The notes under the pieces: model-generated
Databases searched by the model: none
The model's input: the letters and a program-made list of their open reading frames with translations, nothing else
What the model was told of the DNA's origin: nothing
Shown here: positions 11,001-23,000 of the stretch, piece by piece
How positions within the stretch are numbered: the stretch's first letter is position 1
Layout of the letters: the number at the start of each line of letters is the position of its first letter
Assembly: GCA_013115145.1 (NCBI GenBank)
Contig: JAAPAO010000237.1
Coordinates: 1 to 48,924, forward strand
DNA from: Perkinsus chesapeaki ATCC PRA-425
Taxonomy: Eukaryota > Protista > Perkinsozoa
Direction of reading: 5' to 3'
Length of the DNA stretch: 48,924 nucleotides
Made by a program: the position numbers and the translations under genes

Positions 11001-14000
11001 GTTCGGAGGCACACCTCAGAGGCCTACCAGTGGCTGCCTCGTTCTCTTGTACAACAGGCGGCTGGGGCTTCTCAGAGCACCACACTCGGCTCACTACAGA
11101 ATAATGGCCCGGCCCTGCGGCGTTCATAGCGGCTACCTAACAGTGTAGCAATAGCAACCAAGTCTAGAAAAGGAGATTTCGCAAAGCTCGTTGAAGTTCC
11201 AAGCGTTATACACTGTACATACAGCGTGGGGGCGGACGAATTCTCCAAGTCTATTTCAGTAAGTCATTTATTTCTCACCTTGATGTAAGTGTAGTTGTTG
11301 TGGAGGTTATAAGTGTTATTGGCAGCATCGCGGACATACATGCAGTCGAACGAGAAGTATCTTGAGTACGCCGGTTCAGTTAGAGGGTATCCCATGTTAT
11401 CAGGCGTGATGCCTGTGGCAACCTAACGTATCAGATGCCAACAGAAATGTATAGAGCGACTGGCCTACATGCCATCCAGTGATGGGACTGCCGCCATTAT
11501 CGCCAGACCAGGACCATGTAACAGTCATCGTCGTACCAGCCACAGTGTAGTTGTAGTAAGTCGGGGCTGATGGAGCAGAAGGCATGGCCGCTGCCATATG
11601 GCTGGCCACTGGGGAGCTCAAACTAGTGCCGGTCTCGGTCACCACTCGATACCGTGTGCGGTATGTTCGGCCTGAGAAAGTGGACCAGTTTGCAGCTTCT
11701 TTCGGCATATGTCGCCCTAGAATGCCCCTACCTGTTGTAAGCCCCTGTATTGTTAATGACCGCTGTGTCGATGAGCTAATGGTTGCCGTTGTGTAAAGTC
11801 CATTGAGGCCATCATCGTAGTCGATTTGGAAGCCTCGAACTAATGCACCATGAAGGCCCCCGGGTGATGACCACTGCAATTTCATCGATGTCTTGGTAGA
11901 AAGTGCGCGATTGACCGTCAGACCACTCAATGGAGTATCTGGCTTATCAGCACACCTGATCAGGACCAATCACAGCTCATTTGCAAGCAAGCGTAGAACC
12001 ATTCTTCGAGTTCCGATGTAAAAGTCTGCCAAGTTTGAATACGCCTAATTCGAGTGTGCAGATAAATTCACGAAGAGGACCTCCATCGACCATCCGTCCA
12101 AAATGCTCCGCAAATACGCCCGAGGCGCCAACTACGCACGCAGTTCAAACCCAATTCGAGAATAGAAGTGCTCACTTTATCAACGGCAAGCCTCTCACCT
12201 CCATCGGATATGGTCGCTCCTGGCGGATGTTCCGGCAACATTAGCAGCCGCAACAGCCAGGCAAAGATACCGCTGGCTGAAAGATCCCACTAGGCCGCTG
12301 ATAGAAGTGCAGTCGATGGTGTAGTTCATCACACCGCTGGACGCGAACACTGTGTCAATCGCATCGGTCGGCCAGCTGCTGCAGTAGGTATCACCGGTGG
12401 CATAGATGTAGTAGTAGTTCACCAGGGCGCCACCATCAGAGACACCATTCATGCTCCAAGAAAGGCCGATTGAGCTATCCGTCGAGTTGACAACCGTCAG
12501 AGTCCTCGGTGCTCCAGGAGGATCTGCTGCTGATATGTTCACCACGCTAGATTCCGCACCAAGGCCCGACTCGGAGATTGCTTGAACCTTGAAGAGGTAG
12601 AATGCCCCGGCAGAGAGGCCAGTAGCTGTAAATTGAAGTCGGCTGCCGTCGTTAACATAATGCCGAGTGAATGGTCCACCTGCGCCGTTATCAACGTATA
12701 CGTTCCAGCCAATAAGGTCGCAGGAATGCAAGCCGGCGGTGGTGATGGAGTAACTGATGGTGATGGAGCCAGCGCTGCGGGCGACCTTCTGAGGCGGTGA
12801 CGGCTGATCTGCCGCGTCGCAGCATCGTGTGGTAATAACATCGCTACGAGAAGATTCACCTGAAAAGCAACAACATGAGCCGAAAATTCGAGGGAATGAT
12901 GACATACGGCGGCTCGGCTCGAACAGAAATAGCCTTCACGCAGTAGACAATATCCCAGAAATGTATAGCATACCGAGTTCACTGGTAGAAGTGGAATAAG
13001 ACGTACGAAGCGTGAATGCTCAAGTGCTCGCCAACATTAATGATAGGTTCACCACAGGATATGCACATCAGCAATGCGGAACAAAAAGACAAGTGGTTGA
13101 ATCGAACCCATGCCACTCTCCTCACCTGCTAGATTCGTCGAGGTCACATACAAATACACATACTGTGCCTGCGTACAGCTAGCATCAGCAACCAACACGT
13201 TCGGAGATATCGAAGACGAAACCGTGGTCCAGGAAGCTCCGAAATCAGTGGACTTGTAGACAGTATTGGAAGTGACAGGCGAGCCGCCATTGTAGCCCGT
13301 ATTGTTCCATCCAATTCTCACACTAGTGTCACCAATGCTCATCACTCTGACGTTTCCTGGCGCCTCGGGCACGTTCGCTGCGACTTCGGAGGCCTTCGGT
13401 GATGAACCACTAGTACCGGATTCGGTCCTTAGCTTGTATGACAGCAGGTAGGTCTGGCCAGCCTGGAGGGAGGTGAACTGGTGGGTGGTCTGAACGGTGC
13501 TGTCGACGTCAACGCAGGTCTCATCAGAAGCATTGCTATCATCGTCATCAATACAAACTGTGACGCCACGGTACATGGCACCATAAAGGTCGGTGGTGCT
13601 ATGAGGCAGAGTCCAGCCAATAGTGATGGTAGAGGCTGACGTAGAGACGAGAGTCGGAGCTGTAGATGGCGTCCGTGGCGGTCCACTGCAATGGACGGCT
13701 ACCTGCAAAGGAAACAAACAGATGCTGCATTCCTAGCTAGACCAGACCTACCGGTGAGCTCTGAGCACTGCTGCCAGCCATGTTCTGTGCAGCCACGGTG
13801 AACCATACATATTGCATAGTCCTCGACACTCCCCCGACAGATGCGCACGACTGCACATATACACGACCCGAGAAATTAGCCGCCGCACTGTTGATGGTGT
13901 CGGTCTGGGTGAAAGTGCTGCCATCAATGCTAGTGTACACCAGCCACGCTGTAATAGAGCTACCGCCATCGACACCGTCATGGTCCCATTCGATCGTAAT

Positions 14001-17000
14001 GGCGCTATTGCTGGTATTGGTGGCATGGAGATTGCTAGGAGCTGCTGGAGCATCTGCAGCAGTTGCCGCATTCGACACCGGGCTGGCAGCTGAGCAGCCC
14101 ACAACACTGCAGACCTCCAGATAGGCTCGGTAACTATGCCCTTTCACCACACCAGTAGATGTGCGCAACCATGGCGTGTTGATGTCGTAAACTCTGAAAC
14201 TGGTGTAGCCAGAATCATCGTTGTCTAGGTCGTCAACATACACATTCCATCCTGTGTGCGCTACACTGTGTAGTTCACCAACAGTTGGTGTCGGTAAGTT
14301 GACAGTTAAAAGGCTGCTAGTAGCCGAGATCGTAGGTGCTGTTGCCGGCGTATCAGGGCTGGCGGCACAGTAGGTGCTCAAGGCTTCCGAGAATGGCCCG
14401 CGTGGATTAGTGCCGTAAGCGCCACCGACGCCGTTTGTTGCGGCCACCTTGACCATAACGTAGCTAGCAGCGGTGCAGCTCACTGTGGCGCTCAGTGTGC
14501 TCGCCGACAAGGTCGAGTCCAAACTGTAAGATACGCCACTATCAGTGGACACATAGACGAAGAACCTCTGCACTGGCACCCCGCCGTTGCTGCCCGGGAA
14601 CGTCCAGGCCACGGTAATGCTGCCATCAGTAGAGCTACTCAACTGCGGAGCCACTGGTGCATCCGGCACGCCACCGCAGGCCAGATCCAAATGGGAGCTG
14701 AAGCTTCCGCATCCATTAATGCTGCACGCTCGGACCTTCACCCGGTAGATGTTGGCCGCCGTGAGCCCCGCAAGTACAACAGACTGGCTGCTGCCACTGA
14801 CTGTGCTCGTCAGCTCAGATGAAGGATCAGAGGTCAGGTCGATGTAAACTACCTGGAAAGATATTACAGGTGCTGAGTTTGCTGGCGGCGTCAACACGCT
14901 CCATTCAATCTCTAGAGTCGTGGATGTGCCGCTTACGAAGGTCAACGACATGGGCGCGCTGGGCATATCCGAAACCATCAACCGCGCAGTGGGGCTGTGA
15001 TTGCTCCAACCATTAACGTTCGACGCTCGTGCTCTAATGCAGTACACTACGCCAGCCGAGAGCCCCGGATAGTTGCTCGTGGTGATTGTCAATGTCGATG
15101 CCAAACGCGCTGTCAGATAGGTGTCATTGCCAGCAACACTGCACGGTCGCATCAAGAACTGGTACTCGAGGACCGGCAGGCTTGACGACTCTGCGGTTCC
15201 GCGGCCAACTGTTAAGCTCAGCGATGGCGTAATCTGACCACTAACGTAGCTGGGAGCAGTTCGAATTGCTCTAGGTGGAGAGCCGGCCGTGAAGGTGACG
15301 TTGGTCTCCGGAGGGTTGCTGGCGTATGCGCCGTTGTAGGAGATAACCTTGAAGGTGTAGCTGTGCCCGGGACCAAGACCACTGTGGACGTAAGAGGCCA
15401 CGCTTGGACCGACTGTCTTCACTACGGTGAAGGGTCCACCGGAACCTTCGCGAAGGGACACTTCGTATCTGAGCGAAATTATTTGCCGAACCAAATACAT
15501 CGGACAACGTGGTAAAAGGACAGCAAGCGAAAGTGGGGATACTTAAAAACGCGAGCACAGCGCAAACATAAGAACTACAGCCGAGCTGCAATATTGCTAC
15601 ACGAGATAGCGAATGTTCTATGAGATAGAAGCTGCAGCGCAGAATGCGAAACCGCAAGGAAGAAGCCTACCTTTCAAGCAAGCAGTTAGTGCCGCCCGCC
15701 GAGGAACTGGCTGTCCACGAGATCCTTGCAGTAGTGTCAGTGCGTTCAGTAGCCGTGATACTGCCAGGAGCTGACGGTGGACCACAGACTTGATAATTCA
15801 ACACTGGTGAGCTCCTGCTGGTACCCACCGCGTTCACCGCCTCAACAACAAACCTAAACAAACACAAATCTACCCGTATGGTAATCATACCAGCGCTACC
15901 TGTAATGGAGGCCGACTGTGAGACCGCTGTTCACAATGGTGGTGAGATCGGTGCCACCGCTGTACACGAGGGTTGAGATGTCACCGAGGCTACCATCGTC
16001 TCTGTACACTCTGTACTCTGTCAGAGCCATACCACCTGTGGAAGCCGGTGCCGTCCAATGGAGCTCGACCGAACTGTCCACTCCTACTGGTGACCCCACA
16101 GTAGGCGCAGCCATCCTCGACGGAGCGATGCAACAGGTGACCACTATATACTGGTCCTTTGTGCTCTCGCCCACCGCGTTCACTGCTGTAGCCCCAAACC
16201 TGTATGTTACCCCTGGTGTGAGACCAGTCACTGGGAAGTCGGTCACAGAAGCGTCCGAGCTGTCATAGACCAGTATGTCGAGACTAGTAGACAGCCCGCC
16301 GGCGGAGCGATACAGTTTATAGTTTGTCACCGGTAGACCAGCACTCGGTGCCATAGCTGCTATTGTGTCATTATAAAGCCACCGTACTCGAAGGGCAGAA
16401 TCACTAAGACGGTCGCTGCTGTCTGGCTGAATGTCCAAAGTGTAGGGCTGCTGTGGCGCCGAGGCAGCGTGGATGTAGGACACAGTAGACCAACAACAGT
16501 CGGCTACATCAGCAAGGGAGTTCGTAAGGGTCACATTGTTGACCCCTCGCACACGGAATCCATACTCCAGCCCAGGAGTCAGTCCTGCGACGGGTGACGA
16601 CAACACTGTAGGGCTTGCCACAGTCGTCCACTGTGCTCCGCCAAGCCCATTATCTCGTTGGAGCTGATAGTAGAGGATCGGCAAGCCACCATCCGAGGCG
16701 CTAGCCGTCCATTGCACCTCCATATAGGTATCGTTGCTGCTCACCCACTGTACAGCGCCGGGAGCACTAGGAACGCCGGCGGCGCGTGCCCAGATGACCG
16801 ATGAGGGTAGGCCAACAATTGAGGTGTTCGCTGTCTGTTGTGTTTGGTAATTAACACTCCTCACTTTCATACAGTAACCATCAGTGTCTCCGGGATAATA
16901 CAGGTAACTTCGCACATCTCCAACGACCTCACTCACAATCGAATACGTCACGGCGTCACACCAGAACGATGCCTCTGACGCAGCCGCGAGAATTTGATAC

Positions 17001-20000
17001 CCTAGAATCGGGCAGGCACTAGTAACCATAGAGGGCGCACTCCACTGCAGTGTTATCTGACCAGACTCCCTATCGCTCGGCGCAACGCTAACTGGTGGAG
17101 GCGGCAGTTCGCAAGCTTTGAAGGTTGATATCGACCCGCGCTCGCTCTCACCAACAGCGTTCACCGCGCTGAGTTGGAACCGATACTCATCACCTCCGTT
17201 TAGGCCAAGGGCCGAGCACAGCCGCGGGCTGAGCTGATCGCAGACCAAGCGGTCTACTGGCCCACCGTCACCGTCGTCCATAAACAGGCGATAGCTCGAC
17301 AAAGGACTGCCACCATCGTCAGATCCAGATGCCCACTGTACAGTGATGGAGGTACCGCTGGTGCTGACGAGCTCCAATGCCGGCACTTCTGGCGGCACCG
17401 TTGCTATATACTCCGCCTTGATCGCTGACCGTGTACATGCCCCAGACGGGTACGTACTCACTAAATTACAAGCACCAACTTGGAAGTAGTAGAGAGAGCC
17501 CGCGGTGAGATAGAGGACACCGGAGGTAGTGCCGCCACCAAACCATCCACGTGTGATTATCGCCCCCGAGCTGGTACCGTAATACAGTTCATAGTGGGTA
17601 ATCGCGCTGCCGCCGCTATCAGAGGGAGCATCCCAGGTGAAGGATATATTAGTTCGAGACCTCGAGCTAACCTCAAGATTCAAGGGAACTCCGGGCTGAC
17701 CGGCAGCGATGACCGTGATAGTATTGGACTGTGCGCCCTCACCTGCCTCGTTCCACGCCGTCACCCAGTAGGTGTACTCAGCACCTGTCACTATACCGGC
17801 CCTGTGTTCCGCATACCGTTCAGTTGCGCTCCCAAAATGAATGACGAACGGGGCAGCATTCCCCAGACTGGATCGAGCGTACACTTTGTAATTGAGAAGA
17901 TTTGCGCCGTTGATCTGACTTGGAGCATTCCAAGTCAGGCCTACATATGATCGGCTCGAGTTCACCCGGTCAAGGCCACTGGGCGCACTCGGTGGGAGAG
18001 CGCAGTAGCCGGTAACGACAGCGCTGTACTGGGACCAGTGGACCAGATTCTTTGCCCGCACGCGGAAGGAATAAAGATTTCCTGTGGTGCAGCCATCGAA
18101 GACCGTGCTAACAGCGGTGGCACTAGTCGTAGCTATCATCACCCAGTAGCCCAAGGCATGGTCCTGGACGTCAACCTCGTAGAAGGCAAGTGCAAGGCCG
18201 CCATCGTCCGCAGGCACCGACCACCGGACTTCGATTTGGGTTAGGACACTCCTAAGCAGCTGCACGCCTTGTGGCTGCGTTGGTGGGCCAGCTGCATAGG
18301 CGCAGAGTTCACCACTGCGAGAGCTAGTCTCGACCAGAATACCGCCACTGCTGCCATCGCCCACAGTTCCTTCATTGTCAGCCGAGACAACAAAGCAATA
18401 CCGACGCCCCACCACCAGACCATGGCTCAGGTCCACCTCTAAACTGGTTACCGTGGGACCAACGGTAGCCATCACGCGGTCAATGTCTCCACCGTAGCCG
18501 TCGTCCATGTAAACCGAGTAGCTCTTGACAGCGCCTCCACCAGACACCGGAGCGCCCCATCTTAGACCAATAGTTGTGCGGTTGCTGTATATCAAGGTGG
18601 GAACAGCAACCGCATTTGGCGGTACTTGGGCCCACACGGCAACCTCCTGTGTGAGAGGGGACTGGCCACCATTGCTGACCGACTGAACTTGGATGGTGTG
18701 TCTGGACTCGGCTGTCAGGCTGGTGGCCGTGAAGGCCAAAGCGGCGGTCACCGTTTGGTCAACTCCGTCCCATCGAACAACATACCTGACATAACTAATA
18801 GCAGACGCAGCAAGATTCCACGTGGCTCACGAGCTTAGCGAGCAGCCTCCGTCATCCAGCGGTGTAAGCCAAGCCACCGAAATGGAGCTCATGCTTCGCG
18901 ATGAAATGTACAGATTTCGTGGAGCCTGCGGCGGAGCGCACGCCCACACGCCCCCCGCAGCCGAATAACCGCCTGAGATGAAGATGCATCCACTGTCTCG
19001 GTTCCCTGTGACATACTCATTCCAGCATCGTTCTCAGCTGACACTCTGATAGCATAGTAGACTCCGGTCGCCAGCATCGATGCCACGTAGCTGGTGGCGG
19101 TACCGGAATATATGGACTGCCAGGGACCACTGCCATCACGTTGCAGTTCAAGGTAGTAGCTCCTTATCTGAAATGAAACAATGCGTCCCCGAGTTAATCA
19201 GTCCAGGCAGCAGTATGGGCGACGGAGCTTATGAAATTGTCTCCTTACCGTGGATCCTTGATCATCAGGGGAAGCCCACTGCAAAAATGCCGATGTACGA
19301 GTAGTACTAGTGCACAGTGGAGAAGCCGGTGTGCTGGGCGGTCCCGCCGCCAGCAACGGCGCTGAGGTCTGAGATGGATGCCCGACTCCTATGGCGTTCT
19401 TAGCCCGAACAGTATAGGAGTACGAGGAACCTGATACAAGAGACGGCATTACTAACTCGTATGGCCAGGCGCCGCAGCTGTGTAGGATTCCCGACTGATG
19501 TAAGCCTTCGTCGCCTAGCGCAAGAAAACGCAAACTCACCCGCGGTGATTCCTCCATCTCTGTACCTCAGCAACATGGTGTCCTGCACCAACGCCGCTGG
19601 ATCCAACGGTACCGTGACTCTCACTGGAGGGTTTAAGGTCCCGTCAGGCATAGTCGGGGCCGAGTTCTCATAGTAGCCCTCGACATACACCCACACGTAA
19701 AAGGTCTCATTATGGTACAACTCGCAGCCAGTGAACGCCACGTTTTGCTGTGTGTTGGTGACCATCACGCCCGACTTCTTGCACCCTGTCCCGCCCAAAG
19801 CTCCACTGCCAAGGCGGGCAGACGACTCAGTCATTGCTGCCGGACCACCATCGGCCTCCGGTCGCACTACAAACGCCCACAACCGACCTCGGGGCTTCTC
19901 TGGTGTAAAGGTGATTGTGAAGCCATCAGTGGTAACTGAGCTACTTAGGTACGGATTCGTGGCGAACCTATTGGTGACCGACGTCGGTACCGAAACATCA

Positions 20001-23000
20001 AACCGGCTAAATTCACCATCCGTGGAGCTTGTAGTGCCGTCGTCAACATAGACGTGCACCGTGTACAGACCACCAGCCTGGTACGTGGCCCAGAACTGCC
20101 ACGACACTTCCACACCAGCTGAAATGCCAACACCTTGGAAAATAGCCGCGGCGGTTCCAGGAGCCGTCGGCGGTGACACCGCTTTAATCTGGCTGGCCGA
20201 TACCACTGTTCCCCACAGAGTAACCACAGCCCAAGCCTTGCCATTGAATTCCGGAGTGAATGCAAGGGTGATACGAGTTGACGTGGGCGTGCTGGTCAAC
20301 GCTGGCGTCTTCAAAAAAGCATTGGACTTGCCCACGAACACCGGCACAGCCTGGCTGAGCTGACCGCTGCCACCTGCCGCATCATCATCGACATAGACGA
20401 ATAAAGCATACATTCTGTTCCTTGTCAAGCCACACCCGGTGAAGGAGACGGATGTGGCGTGGTTGGGCCAGTGGCCTTGACTGCTGATGGCAGCACCGGT
20501 GGCCTCACAGGTTGACACCACCGAAGCTGCGAAACTCTTAGGCGTCTTCCGGATGGCCCGAGCGTCCACCCGACTGGCATTTCCTTCGTGGACAACATAC
20601 GCCCAATATTTCCCAGTTTCTGCTGGGGTGAACTCAAATGTGAAACCGTCCGGTGAGGGGGCGCTGCCGACTAGCCGAGGAGCTATAATGAAGCTGTTAG
20701 CCACTTCCACTGAGAAGTCGAGTCGGTCAATCTCTCCGTCGTAGTCCAGCGTTCCCTCCTCGACGTAAGTTAACAAAGAGTACTCCGTGCCATTATGGAG
20801 GTCGCAACCGGATAGCTCCACGCTCAGCGTGGTTTTTTTCGGACAGGTCTGAGCGAGCTTGATGCAGGTACTGACATGCCCAGTGGCCAGGTCGACAGCC
20901 CGAACCTCTCGCGCTCCGATTCGGGTGGCATTAGCCTTGGTGGCGATCTGCATCCAGTACCGTCCAGCCTCCATACAGGAAAACTGAACTAGGATGCCAT
21001 CAGGTGCGACTGGACGGAGCAGCTTTGGGCGGAGGTAGAAGGAGTTCGAACGTTGCGCTGTGAAGTCATTCGACCAGCCGATTGTGCCGGAGGTCCCTCT
21101 GGCCTCCCCCGACAAGTAGACCACCACACTGTATCGTCTACTGAACTCAGCAGTGCAGTTGTGAAGCTCCCAGACAGTGTACGAAGCGTTATTAACAGCC
21201 TCCGGACCGCGGGTGCAATTATTGTCAGCCTGAACTCCAGCAAAGGGATTACTTCTCTCACTGAAGGCCATGGCCCCGGCCACAGTTAGCCCACCCAACT
21301 TGTGAGTCTCAACCACCATAGCCCAGGCGTAGCCTGAACGAGCTGCCCAGAAACGTACCGTAGTAGAATTGAAGCCGGCATCGGTCGAGGCATTAACTTG
21401 CGGCAGCCGAATGAAATAGTTATTAGCTCCCGGTGACACTGTAAACCTGACGGGCTCGGCCACCACACCGAGAGTATTTCCGTAGGTTCCCGAGACGTAG
21501 ACGAGCAAATCATATTGGCCACCGTGGACCAGGCGACAGTCTCTCATGGTGAATGATGTATCAGCCTCACCAAAGACAACTGCTCTTTCTATTCGGCACT
21601 GCGGACCCGCGGCCAGCCCTGCCGAGCCGTCCACTATAGTGTCTCTTGTGACTGTCGTCTGGCCATCCCAGACCACCGCCCACACGTAGCCGGAGCGAAT
21701 CACGGTGAGCCCGAACGTCACAACGTCGCCGTCCGGAGTCGCAGAGATGTAGGGACTGCCCTGGTGGAAGGAGTTGGCCGTGGTGTTGGTGAGATTAAAG
21801 CCGGTGGGCGGGCCGGTTATGTTAACGATTGCCAATTGGCCATCTAAGTTGGCAGTACTGCTGGCGTCTGTGACATAAACCACCAGGTAGTAGCTCTGCG
21901 ACAAATCCAGGGTACAGTTAGTAAGATTCCTGAGAGGTTGACTTGGCGCTATCGCCGCACCATCATAATAGCAGCCAGCAGTTCCCACACGACAAGTGAG
22001 CGCCTTTGCCGAGGCCGCTGTCTGATTATACCGGCAGGGTTCTGGGATGACGAACATCCACAGCTTCCCCGCTACACCAATTCTGGTGTCCACATCACAA
22101 CCAGCAGTAGTAATATTATGCACCTCAGGACCGACTCCCAGGAAGTAGTTGGAGCCTTTCGTTACAAAGTCTATCTGCTCGAGCGTGCCATCATCGCGGC
22201 CCTGTGTGTCCTCCACATAGAGGTTCAGAGTGTACCGAGCCTTCTCACCGGTCAGCAAGCCACAGCTTCCCAGCACATTCAGACCGCCACTAAGATTGGT
22301 CTCGGCTGTGACGGTGACGGACTGCCTGTAGCAAGCCATGGAGTACAGGGGCGGTGTGGCTTTCATCGTGGCCGGTGTGACCAACCCTCTGTCCTCTCGG
22401 CGAGTAATGACCATCCAAAGCAGGCCTGACTTGGCCGCTGCGACACCCTCTACAGTGACTGTCGAGTTCGATGGCGGATCAGGCCATATGTACGGACCAG
22501 GCGAGAGAACGAAACTGTTCGACTTGGGGGTCTGCACGAGCACGCCAGGCAGCCATAATGATCCGTCAGCGTAGCCTTCCACGCTCGACACATAAACATA
22601 AAGAGCGTAGTAGCGATCATGAAGCATTTGACAGTCTGTCAGGTAAGCAGTTATGTTACCGACAGTACCGGCAGCTGCGGCGACTCTGCAGCCAGACCCA
22701 CCGGTAGCGGCCACGCCCGACATAACGTCGGAAATGGTCGGCACAGCCGCGGTGTATCCGCGGACCAGGGCCCAGTAAAGGCCAGTCTCCTCGGTTTCAA
22801 AACTGAATCCGAACCCATCAGACGTCACCGGTGTCACAACTTGTGGGCGGCGAGCAAAACTATTAGAAGTACCATCGATCACACTGAATACCGGAGTGAA
22901 GGCCAATCGACCATCGTGCAGCGCGTCTTGGGACTCCACGTAAACCGAGACAGCGTAGTCGGCCGAGTGCTCCAGCGAGCAATTGGTCAGCGTCAGCTCA

